Part shown: positions 1 to 10,552 of the stretch, piece after piece
Position numbering within the stretch: position 1 is the first letter of the stretch
Layout of the letters: every line of letters starts with the position of its first letter
Source of the DNA: Selaginella moellendorffii
Lineage: Eukaryota > Plantae > Lycopodiophyta
DNA length: 64,000 bases
NCBI RefSeq assembly: GCF_000143415.4
Contig: NW_003314364.1
Span: forward strand, 348,561-412,560
Direction of reading: 5' to 3'
Notes under the pieces: generated by a model
Told to the model about the DNA's origin: nothing
Database searches by the model: none
The model's input: only the letters and a program-made list of their open reading frames with translations
Translations under genes and position numbers: made by a program

Positions 1-1059
1 TTTTTTGGGTTCAAAATTGCATGAGCCCACACGCTATAAAGTTTATCTTTGCCAAATAGAGAAAAGTTATCTGTGTCATGTGAGGTAGTTACAGTCCTTT
101 GTGCTCGGCATCTGCCTCTTGCAGCATTTGCACTGAAAGGGAATTTTTCTCCATTCAGCATTTGGCCCTGAAAATGGCATGCGCCCACACGCCATTCAAG
201 GAATAACGCCACAGGACGCCTGGATTTTTGGGTTTAAAATGTTTAGGGTTTTTTGGGTTTTTTCAAAATATTTTGGGTCTAACGTTTTTTGGGTTTCTTT
301 GGTTCAAAATTGCATGAGCCCACACGCTATAATATTGATTTGAGAGAAAAATAGAAACAGATAGAATTTCTTTATTTAGCTGAACATCTGCCATTTTTGG
401 AAATACAAGATGCTTTGGAATATCCAATCATGCATGGTATAAATATAGCGAGGGTATTAAATGATATCCCAATCATGATCTTTCTTTTGAATTTCGCGTG
501 CATGCAGTCCGAGGAATGATGACGTTGCGGATTTCTTTTGGATTTTGCGTGCTTGCATGCGCGCGGCAATCCAGAAATTAATGGTGGCGCCCAAGTCCGA
601 GGAATGATGACGTGGCGGGATTACCAACCGTTGTGACATTTCGCGCGTGTGAGGTTAGGTTTTGCATTTTGCTTTGTACTCGCGCTCGCACACTCGCGCT
701 CGCGCTCGCATCACACTCGCGCTCCCGCTCGCATCGCGCTCCCACTCGCGATCACGCTCACTTCTCTACAGGTTTCTCGTGTGCATCGGCGTCCACTCGC
801 GCTTGCATCACACTCGCGCTCGCATCGCGCTCGTGTGCATCGGCGTCCACTTCAAGACACACCCAGTTTGTAACTTCGCCGCCAACTCCGCCGCCCACTC
901 CACCACCCACACGCAGCCCACTTGGCGTCCCGGGAGATTTCAGCACCACTCTCCAACTGTAAGTGGCAGAGTAGCCTTGCTGCTACGATCCGCTGCACAC
1001 ACAGTGCACATTCGCCAGCGAGTCCGGCCTCGATTGTCACGGCCTCCATTCGGCTTCAA

Positions 1060-4000
1060 ATGGTAAGTCTTTTAGACCAAGTAGAAAATGGCATGAGGCC
1101 ACATGCCATTCAGTAGCAACATTGGCATGCACCGATTGGGCTCTCGAGTGCAGTCCGGTTACAGATGGCGTGTAGCCTCACGCCATCTTAGGATGCAGCC
1201 TCAAGACATCTGATGCAGTGGTGAATGGCGTGTGGCCTCACGTTATTTCCAGCTGCTAGCTTTTCATCTGTCAGCTCTAATTGTTGTGCATTTCTGAACA
1301 GGCGAGGAATTGCGTTCTTCTTCCAGCCACTGTCAATGTGGATGCAGAGAAGGGGGAGGAGCTCACCAGTTGGACTTTCGGGATGGAAGGCGAGGATCTG
1401 ATGCTGTACAACACAGATGGTGGGAGAAAAGAATGCATGGGGATCCTCATCCAAGTGACAGACACTCCATGCAGTTCCATGCAAGAATATGGACTGGCAC
1501 TTGTGGTAGAGACAGCGTCCGCCTTCAAGATCCACCTTGCACATCCTAGCGGCTTCCCGGAGGGGGGCAGCGGCTATGAGGAATTCCTAGAGGGAGCTAG
1601 GGAGAGGTTGTCCAGGAGGCCCACAATTTCAAAGACGCTGCGGGTCTATGAAGATCACATGGAATCCACGGACCTCACCTACGGCGATGTTCAAAAACTA
1701 TATTCCAACATTGAGTCGTTGAGAGTGCCTCCAGTTCGCGAAGCGAAGGGGAAGGGGGTCGATCTGGAAACTACCCCGAAGCAGAAAAGGGTGGTCAAGC
1801 TCAAGCCGACGTCCGACTCTGCTGCTCCAAAAAAGAAGCTACTCGGTGATGCCATTGCCTCGGGTTCGAACACTACACCCACCAAAAAGAAGAGCCGCAA
1901 AGAGCAGAAAGAGCAAGAAGAGGCAGCAAAAATCGTCGCAGATAATAGTACTTGTTACTATTCCAACAAAGTATATACAATCGACGTGAGCCGTATCGAG
2001 ATCCAAAGCAAATACAACCACAGGCTAGTATCTGATGAGTGGGTGGAGAAACTGAAGCAGAAGATGCTGGCAAGTCCAGTAACACCCGACATCGCAGACG
2101 TGATCCCCTACTACCGAACAATGAAGGGCGAGACGAGGTTTCCAGACTTGATCAATAGGAAGGTGTTGGACGATCAGAACATCCGGTTCTATGCCGTCTC
2201 CGGGCAGCATTCTAGCTTGGCGATGCAACAGATAGTTGTGGATATTATGGTGGGCGAGGAGGTGAAGAAAGTCTTCAAGACAAGAGTTGTCCGCCTGATA
2301 AAAGGCAACTCGCCCCTCCGATCTATCATATACATCTCCCACGCGCAGAATGTCAAGCAAGAAACGTGCTACAAATCGGGTCTGCACGAGACATTGGCAC
2401 GAACACGGAAGCTCTGGGTTCAACTGAAGAAGCCACAAAAACCAGGACAAGGACGTGCACTAGCAACTAGCGCCTGGCAGGTAAGCCTCGTTGCATGTGG
2501 CATAGCATGTGGCCTCACGCCATTTCCATTGCAGGAATTCTCGAGTCTTCTCTCGAAAACAATGGGGGTCAATGACACACTCAGCATCCATAACATTCTA
2601 CTCGCGACAAAAGTTATTTTTGACAAATGGGTAGATGTGCTAAGGAGGTACCATGACGGGGAGTTGCTAAACTCAATGGGTGTGGAGGACGGCCGGAAGC
2701 CCAATGATTTGAAGCTCAACGCCTTGCGTTTCTCGCGGTCTCTAGACGACGACGACCTTCTGACAGTGGCTAATGCTCTTCTACGTGGTGAGGTAGTCTT
2801 CAACAAAACCAAAATGACTCCCGGCCATATTGTGACATACGAGGACTTGTGCACGACTCTGAGAGCTTGTGCGCTATTGAAGGATTGGATCTTCGAGCAA
2901 GTGGCCGTGGCGAGGGTGAGCATCGACAGCACGCAAGAGATGATGGAAGAGCTGGAGTTGTCAAATGAAGACATCGACGAGTACGTGAAGGGGGCCCCCA
3001 AGTTCATCGATCTGCTGCGGGATGCCACGAAAAGTAAAGCTGAGAAGTTGGATCAGTATCCAAATTTCATTAAGAGGGATGTCGACCGCCGGCTTCAGAA
3101 ACAGCTCGACCCCGCAGCAGAGGCCTATCGAGAACCTTACCGGGTATACGTGAATTCGGATGAGGATCAAAGGTGGAGGAGCATCGTTTCCCGCGGAGAT
3201 GAGCAGGTCAAGAACATCTTTTGTGTGATGGACTTCACAAACGAGGAGATCACTCATGCAGACGAAGTCAGCTCCATCATTGACTTAATGGTGGGACTTG
3301 CGGAGGTGGAATCTTCAGTCCACTATATGATCTACGACTCCGAATCCTATCACAAGTTCTGGAAGGCCTTGAACGAGGTGAAGGCTCGGTTGAAAGGCAA
3401 GGAGATGCGGGAGATCCATGGGATAATGGCTAAGAAGAAGATACCGACGAATGTCCGCATCTTCACAGTCGCCCTTGTTATTGGTCCTGCAGCAGAGTGG
3501 GACTGGAGTGACTTCCCAGCTTCGTTCAACAAAGCCGATCGAATTGATCTGAGGGAGGTCAATTTACCCATGCCTGAGGAACTGAAGACGGCTATGGAGC
3601 TTTCGAATCCAAAGAAAGCTCCAGGTGCAGCATGGGAAATGCTCAGTTGGGTCTTCAACGCAATAGCGGGTGACTCCAAGGGCAAATGCGTTGTCGAGTA
3701 CAACTGCGGCGGACTATTCTTTCGAGCCGCACTACTCAAGGGTGTCCCGTGTGTTGCGGTGACAAACTCCATTGAAGAGGTGACTTCAATGGAGCATATA
3801 ATTACAGTTGCCAAAGAAAAACAGTATCTTCTCTACGAACCTGGTGAGTACGCACTTTAAGTTTAAATGTTATCTCACAAGCTCTGTATGCAGGAGCGTG
3901 GCCACCCCCAGATGCTGAAACGGCGTTAACAGCTACTGATGTTAGGCCGAGGTCACAACCTGCACAAGGTAAGGTCACGTGAGGCCTCACGCCATTTTGA

Positions 4001-5670
4001 TTATAGATCGTTGTGAATATTCAGACACGAGGACTGAAAAGCGCACTGGTGGCGCGTCGAAGAAGGACAAACAGACAAGCAATAGGAAAAAAGGAGGTAC
4101 AAATTATATTTGCAATGGCGTGTGGTCTCATGCCATTCCTTGCAGGAGACACTTCTTCAAAGGCAAAACAGGCAAGCACCAGCCAAGCTCAAACTGACAG
4201 TGGTCATAAAAAGAGAAAGCACGTTGGACAGTCGTCGGGATCAGAGGCGTTTGATTCGAAAAGGAAGAAGGGCAACGAAAAGATGATAGGTAATGCCTCG
4301 CGGTTATGGCGTGTGTGCTCATGCCATTCATTGCAGATCAAGGGCTGAGTGAAAGGAGCCAGTCACCACCTTCTGACTTAGATTCCTATGGCGGACTCCC
4401 CTTCCCCAATCTCAATGGAGAGGTACAATGGATGAGGGATGCTTTTCAAGTCAGGGCCACGTTTTTCTCATCTCGTCGTCTTCGAAGGGTGCAAGAACGT
4501 GCAGAAACCATGTTAAGACAGTCGGGTGAGGATACGGTCCTAGGTCACGCACTAAAACAGGCTATGGATGTCTTGTATTTTGAGATGGAGACTCGGCCAT
4601 ATGATTTTTCCAAGATGGTCCTGGAAAAACAAGCAATCCAGCCTGAGCAGCCTATGGAAGAAATGCAAGAGGGGGATGAGGAGCCAGAGAAAGATAATGA
4701 GCAGGAAGAGCAGAAGGACGAAGAGGAGGACAAAGAAGAGGAGGACGAAGAAGAGGAGGACGAAGAAGAGGAGGACGAAGAGGACTTGGATGGTCCTCAC
4801 AATGGTGACGATCACAATAACGACGATGACGATGATGACGATGAGGGCCAGCCTGAGGTGGCCAAAGAGCAGCGGAGGAAGGTCATACAAGACAAACCAT
4901 CAGGTAAATAATAGTACATCCATTCCTAACCTTTTACCATTTCTAACATTGTCCATGTAGGTCGCAGAAGAAATGGTAAGTAGAGATTATTCAGTTGAAT
5001 TAAGATACAAACTCTAGCCTTTAGTGTCGAGGAAGGATAGTGCCAAGCAAGGGTCGAAACGTATGTCTAATCCTTCAGAATCAGCAGTGCGCCCAAGTGA
5101 TATCGGTCCTAGTTCCTCAATAGCAGTTGATGGTAAATACAGTATAGTCGATTCAATGTGCTAATGAGTTTGTTTTTAGTAGCACGGGAGGATACCATCT
5201 CAATCGAAGGGAGATATTTGGACATGCATATGGATCCGCCAGTGGACTCTACTTGCCTGCAAGAGTCATCAGAGCTGGTGGAGGCTACTATCCATATCAA
5301 CGCCAAGCAAGCTGACCACGCTCCACTTGATGCTGCCCATACCACTGAGTCAATCTTGTCCACGTATCCAACTGACGGTGACCAGGCGCCATTGGACCCG
5401 CATGAGGCCGCCCCAGCCGCCGAGCCGGTCGTATCCTCATTTCCAACGTGTGCCCAATCGTCTGACTACGCGCCATTGGAACCTCCCTACACCGCCCCTG
5501 CTGCCTGTTCGGTCATGTCCACTTTGCCAACGGAGGCACCAGCTGAAATGGCGTGTGATCACACGCCATCGGAACCACCCCATGCCACTGTTGAGCCAGT
5601 TGTACCAGAGTCTACAGCTGAAATGGCATGTGCCCACACGCCATCGGATGCGATTGACCCCACATTGTAG
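1060..5670 (+). CDS. Spliced gene for a large protein: ParB/Sulfiredoxin-like domain, degenerate beta-class N6/N4 DNA methyltransferase-like domain, and a K-rich/acidic low-complexity tail
   Basis: ATG 1060-1062 is followed by GTAAG. Predicted introns are 1063-1301, 2481-2534, 3844-3893, 3969-4006, 4097-4145, 4290-4336, 4904-4960, 4976-5024 and ~5132-5179. They join ORFs 1281-3860, 3979, 4013, 4306 and 5158 in frame (all 3' introns are phase 1). ParB-like segment: IDVSRIEIQSKYNHRLVSDEWVEKLK...FYAVSGQHSSLAM...ISHAQN. MTase-like segment: NPKKAPGAAWEMLSWVF...KCVVEYNCGGLFFRAALLKGVPCVAVTNS. Domain calls are by motif resemblance only. Confidence 0.65.
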
Positions 5671-5780
5671 AGGAGAGTATTTCCGCCCTTCACGTTTCCT
5701 CGACCAAAACCCTCTGAACGACCATCGGGAGCACCATTCGCTAATATTGTAGATGGTAAAATTGACTTGTACCATTTTTT

Positions 5781-6665
5781 ATGCTGACGCATTTCATTTC
5801 AGAGTCACGGCGAAAGTACTGTATCGTTTTTGATCTGAACGGTGTCCTTTTCTCCCATGAGCGTGGCTCGTCCTCGAATGTCACTGCACCCTCCAAAGCC
5901 TGCGGTCGCAAGTTGGTCAAAAGAGACAGATTCACATTAATCACACGGGAGAAACTGCGGGATCTAATAATGACCATGCGACACTTAAAACAGAGGGCCG
6001 GGTTCAATTTGCAATTGGGAGTTTGGACATCCATGATGCGCCACAATGCATTAACGTTGCTACAGATGATGCACGATCAGACGCGAGTAATATCACCATT
6101 TGACTTTCTCCTAACGCAGGAGGATTGCTTGACTATGGTCCATGTGAGGGGTAGCAAGCCCATCTTCGTCAAGGCAGAGGCTGTAGTGATGAACCGGACT
6201 GCTAGGTCAAGTGAAATCCTCATCATCAATGACTCGCCGATTAAAACTGCAGCGAACACGCACACATATGCAGTGCACCCCATCTCTTGCAGTATGGAAA
6301 CTAGGGAGAAGAAACCGTATGTTCTGGGGGACCTTGCAAAACGGCTTGAAGCGATGGTGATAGAGAACCGGCCAGTCCAGGAGGTGGCTGCAGAAATCAA
6401 CCAAATGGCGGATGGAACGGTATATCAGAAGCCATTTGATCGGACAGACACCAGTCATCATTTATGGCATGTATATTGTCTAGCCAAGCACTATCCGCAT
6501 CTCCATAATCTGCTCAACTGGATGGGTTCTTCGACCACTGAACATGAGCGTGGACGTATTAGAGAAGAGATGGCATTACTATTGGGTTTAAATCCTGATA
6601 GTGTGGAGAGTGATGAAATTCCAAGATTATTGTATAGGCGTTGGAGGCAAAAAATAACAGTCTGA
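5781..6665 (+). CDS. FCP1/NIF-like HAD-superfamily phosphatase domain exon, copy 1
   Basis: HAD motifs: CIVFDLNGVL (I), LGVWTSMM (II), IFVK (III), LIINDSPIK (IV, with D->N). Likely preceded by intron ~5756-5802 (GTAAAA...TTTCAG). Confidence 0.7.
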   Translation: MLTHFISESRRKYCIVFDLNGVLFSHERGSSSNVTAPSKACGRKLVKRDRFTLITREKLRDLIMTMRHLKQRAGFNLQLGVWTSMMRHNALTLLQMMHDQTRVISPFDFLLTQEDCLTMVHVRGSKPIFVKAEAVVMNRTARSSEILIINDSPIKTAANTHTYAVHPISCSMETREKKPYVLGDLAKRLEAMVIENRPVQEVAAEINQMADGTVYQKPFDRTDTSHHLWHVYCLAKHYPHLHNLLNWMGSSTTEHERGRIREEMALLLGLNPDSVESDEIPRLLYRRWRQKITV

Positions 6666-7271
6666 GATGGCATGTATTTATTTAAAAATGTAACTTATTA
6701 TGGCATGGGGTTCCATGCCATTGTATTAATATTAAAAGACAATTCTTTGAGAGGATTTGCATTATACTAGAAGTGTTACAGCATGTTATTGGAAGTCTAC
6801 GAAGTTGTTTTATTAATAAGGGGAAAGTAAAGATTGAATGGGGACTTGGGCTCCACCTAGACTCGGAGCAACTGAGCCAATATTAAAAGGATGGAAAGAA
6901 ATTGGACGACGATGACAAGGAGAAGAGAGAGGTGAAGCAGTGAAAAGTGATTGAGTAGACATTTCCTTGTTTAAAATAAAATGGCATGTGCCTCAATGTA
7001 GTTGAATTTTGTTATATTTATATACTATATAAAGGTTTGGAAACCTTATTTTACAAGTGGGATAATGACAATTCCCACTTTAACGAAATAGAGCTTCAGA
7101 GTCTACAGCTGAAATGGCATGTGCCCACACGCCATCGGATGCGATTGACCCCACATTGTAGAGGAGAGTATTTCCGCCCTTCACGTTTCCTCGACCAAAA
7201 CCCTCTGAACGACCATCGGGAGCACCATTCGCTAATATTGTAGATGGTAAAATTGATTTGTACCATTTTTT

Positions 7272-8156
7272 ATGCTGACGCATTTCATTTCAGAGTCACG
7301 GCGAAAGTACTGTATCGTTTTTGATCTGAACGGTGTCCTTTTCTCCCATGAGCGTGGCTCGTCCTCGAATGTCACTGCACCCTCCAAAGCCTGCGGTCGC
7401 AAGTTGGTCAAAAGAGACAGATTCACATTAATCACACGGGAGAAACTGCGGGATCTAATAATGACCATGCGACACTTAAAACAGAGGGCCGGGTTCAATT
7501 TGCAATTGGGAGTTTGGACATCCATGATGCGCCACAATGCATTAACGTTGCTACAGATGATGCACGATCAGACGCGAGTAATATTACCATTTGACTTTCT
7601 CCTAACGCAGGAGGATTGCTTGACTATGGTCCATGTGAGGGGTAGCAAGCCCATCTTCGTCAAGGCAGAGGCTGTAGTGATGAACCGGACTGCTAGGTTA
7701 AGTGAAATCCTCATCATCGATGACTCGCCGATTAAAACTGCAGCGAACACGCACACATATGCAGTGCACCCCATCTCTTGGAGTATGGAAACTAGGGAGA
7801 AGAAACCGTATGTTCTGGGGGACCTTGCAAAACGGCTTGAAGCGATGGTGATAGAGAACCGGCCAGTCCAGGAGGTGGCTGCAGAAATCAACCAAATGGC
7901 AGATGGAACGGTATATCAGAAGCCATTTGATCGGACAGACACCAGTCATCATTTATGGCATGTATATTGTCTAGCCAAGCACTATCCGCATCTCCATAAT
8001 CTGCTCAACCGGATGGGTTCTTCGACTACTGAACATGAGCGTGGACGTATTAGAGAAGAGATGGCATTACTATTGGGTTTAAATCCTGATAGTGTGGAGA
8101 GTGATGAAATTCCAAGATTATTGTATAGGCGTTGGAGGCAAAAAATAACAGTCTGA
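7272..8156 (+). CDS. FCP1/NIF-like HAD phosphatase domain exon, copy 2
   Basis: Near-identical to 5781-6665 (offset 1491 bp). Motif IV is intact (LIIDDSPIK). Confidence 0.65.
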   Translation: MLTHFISESRRKYCIVFDLNGVLFSHERGSSSNVTAPSKACGRKLVKRDRFTLITREKLRDLIMTMRHLKQRAGFNLQLGVWTSMMRHNALTLLQMMHDQTRVILPFDFLLTQEDCLTMVHVRGSKPIFVKAEAVVMNRTARLSEILIIDDSPIKTAANTHTYAVHPISWSMETREKKPYVLGDLAKRLEAMVIENRPVQEVAAEINQMADGTVYQKPFDRTDTSHHLWHVYCLAKHYPHLHNLLNRMGSSTTEHERGRIREEMALLLGLNPDSVESDEIPRLLYRRWRQKITV

Positions 8157-8408
8157 GATGGCATGTATTTATTTAAAAATGTAACTTATTATGGCATGGG
8201 GTTCCATGCCATTGTATTAATATTAAAAGACAATTCTTTGAAAGGATTTGCATTATACTAGAAGTGTTACAGCATGTTATTGGAAGTCTACGAAGTTGTT
8301 TTATTAATAAGGGGAAAGTAAAGATTGAATGGGGACTTGGGCTCCACCTAGACTCGGAGCAACTGAGCTAATATTAAAAGGATGGAAAGAAATTGGACGA
8401 CGATGACA

Positions 8409-8464
8409 CGAGATGGACCCGAGATGGAGTCCGAAGTCGAGACCGGGACCAAGACCGAGACCGG

Positions 8465-8506
<42 letters not shown>

Positions 8507-9968
8507 CATCGGGGCCGAGGCCGAGACCGAGGCCGAGCCCGAGTCCAAATCCGAGTCCGAGTCCGAGTCCAAGTCCGAGTTCGAGTCTGAGAGGGTGAAA
8601 GCCCAAAGCGTTCGTCTCCCAGACCCTGGGGGGTTTGGTGAGCTCCAAAAGTATAGTAGGGGGAGGACTGTAGTGGAGCCAGTTTGGCCAGGAAAGGCCA
8701 GTTTGGCCCAGGAAGGCCGGACCCAGTGTTGGGTGATGAGCTGCCCACTGGGAAGTCCAAGACTAGAGTGAACACGAACCGACAAGCGGGGTAGCTTGGT
8801 GAAGTGTTCAAGAGCCGGCTCTAGTTCCCCTGGGAGATCGACTGGCCGATGCTCCCAGTCCAAGTGTGGGTGGCACTACCTACTTGGATACCTGTCGTGG
8901 CTCAACGGAACCTCGCTCTAAGCCCATGGCTAGAGCACCTAAAGGTGAAAGGCGAGGAGAGTACCCATGAGGCTTGTGTAAGGCCACGGTGTTCCGAAAT
9001 GTTGTCCCAAAGTCCCAAACGGTGAAAGGGAAGAGGAGTAGGCCTCTAATGCAGTGACCAAGGATACGGTCACATGGTGAGGAAGTCCCAAAGGATAGTG
9101 GGACTTAGCGGTCAGGCCTACGGGCCTTGATCCAGTGGCAGTGTTGGCGAACATGGCCATAGACTAAAAGGGACTTGGTGGGGACTAGAAAAGAGTTGTC
9201 GGGGAAGGCTATCCCCCATATCTGCGGGCATCCTAAGGATGCTAAGGAGTAGATCTGGGATGATCGCTCATGGACAGACGGCCCAGTCTTTGAGAGACGG
9301 GATTATGATGCAGGTGGCGTTAGACCACCGGTGTGACCAAAGTGAATGGGCATGGCCTAGCGTAACGGGCTGGTATGTCGGTGGTACCTTGGGGTGTCGG
9401 TCATGGGATCGGACACATGGAGCACTTGGACCAAGTGCAAATGTTGAGTGGCATGGATGCCATTCTCAAGGCTGGCAAGCCCCAAGTCCTAACTGGGACT
9501 TATGGAAGTTGTGAATGAGACTCCTTCAAGTGGTCGGAGGTGCAGTTAAGTGACTAAAGTAAAATGGAAAAATTAGTCGCTTACACGCGTTTGGACTAAA
9601 AAGCTCCGACTTGAAAAGGTCGAGAGTGGGAGTGGAACTCCTAATGAAGTGCTTGAGGAACGAGCACGAAGCGAGCAATAAGCGAGGCTCCAAAAAAGGA
9701 CCCAAAAAGCACCAACACATGACACGTGGAAGTGTCCGAGATGGACCCGAGTTGGGTCTGAAGTGGAGGAGTCCGAGATGGAGTCCGAGACGGATCCGAG
9801 ATGGATTCCGAGATGGACCCGAGATAGAGTCCGAGATGGACCCGAGATGGAGTCCGAGATGGACCCGAGATGGAGTCCGAGATGGACCCGAAATGGAGTC
9901 CGAGATGGACCCGAGATGGAGTCCGAGATGGAGTCCAAGATGGAGTCCAAAGTCGAGACCGAGACCGG

Positions 9969-10000
<32 letters not shown>

Positions 10001-10520
10001 TCGGGACCGAGAACAAGACCGAGGCCAAGGCCGAGACCGAGCCCGAGCCCGAGCCCGAGTCCGAGTCCGAGTCCGAGTCCGAGTCCGAGTCCGAGTCTGA
10101 GTTCGAGTCTGAGAGGGTGAAAGCCCAAAGCGTTTGTCTCCCAGACCCTGGGGGGTTTGGTGATCTCCAAAAGTATAGTAGGGGGAGGACTGCAGTGGAG
10201 CCAATTTGGCCAGGAAAGGCCAGTTTGGCCCAGGAAGGCCGGACCCAGTGTTGGGTGATGAGCTGCCCACTGGGAAGTCCAAGACTAGAGTGAACACGGA
10301 CCGACAAGCGGGGTAGCTTGGTGAAGTGTTCAAGAGCCGGCTCTAGTTCCCCCGGGAGATCGACTGGCCGATGCTCCCAGTCCGGAGATGGACCCGAGAT
10401 GGAGTCCGAGATGGACCCGAGATGGAGTCCGAGATGGACCCAAAATGGAGTCCGAGATGGACCCGAGATGGAGTCCGAGATGGAGTCCGAGATGGAGTCC
10501 GAAGTCGAGACCGAGACCGG

Positions 10521-10552
<32 letters not shown>

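Larger units (their letters stand above)
16..8212. repeat. Dispersed 22-bp palindrome ATGGCRTG-N6-CAYGCCAT, 15 copies
   Basis: Copies at 16-37, 174-195, 309-330, 1088-1109, 1165-1186, 1225-1246, 2502-2523, 3974-3995, 4115-4136, 4306-4327, 5548-5569 (perfect palindrome ATGGCGTGTGATCACACGCCAT), 5623-5644, 6700-6721, 7114-7135 and 8191-8212. Half-sites occur e.g. at 6667 and 6981. Confidence 0.9.
5606..8408 (+). repeat. Direct tandem duplication 5606-6917 / 7097-8408
   Basis: Both copies begin CAGAGTCTACAGCTGAAATGGC and match through AATTGGACGACGATGACA at a constant 1491-bp offset. The second copy is cut by LTR sequence at 8409. Confidence 0.95.

Noticed and set aside
612-1066. Ser/Arg/Ala/Leu-rich ORFs upstream of the ParB-like gene
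   Set aside because: They come from a CG-rich simple repeat and are more likely promoter or 5' UTR sequence.
16-8212. Palindromes as a CRISPR array or bacterial REP elements
   Set aside because: Spacing is irregular (tens of bp to >1 kb), there are no cas genes, and the context is eukaryotic with spliceosomal introns.
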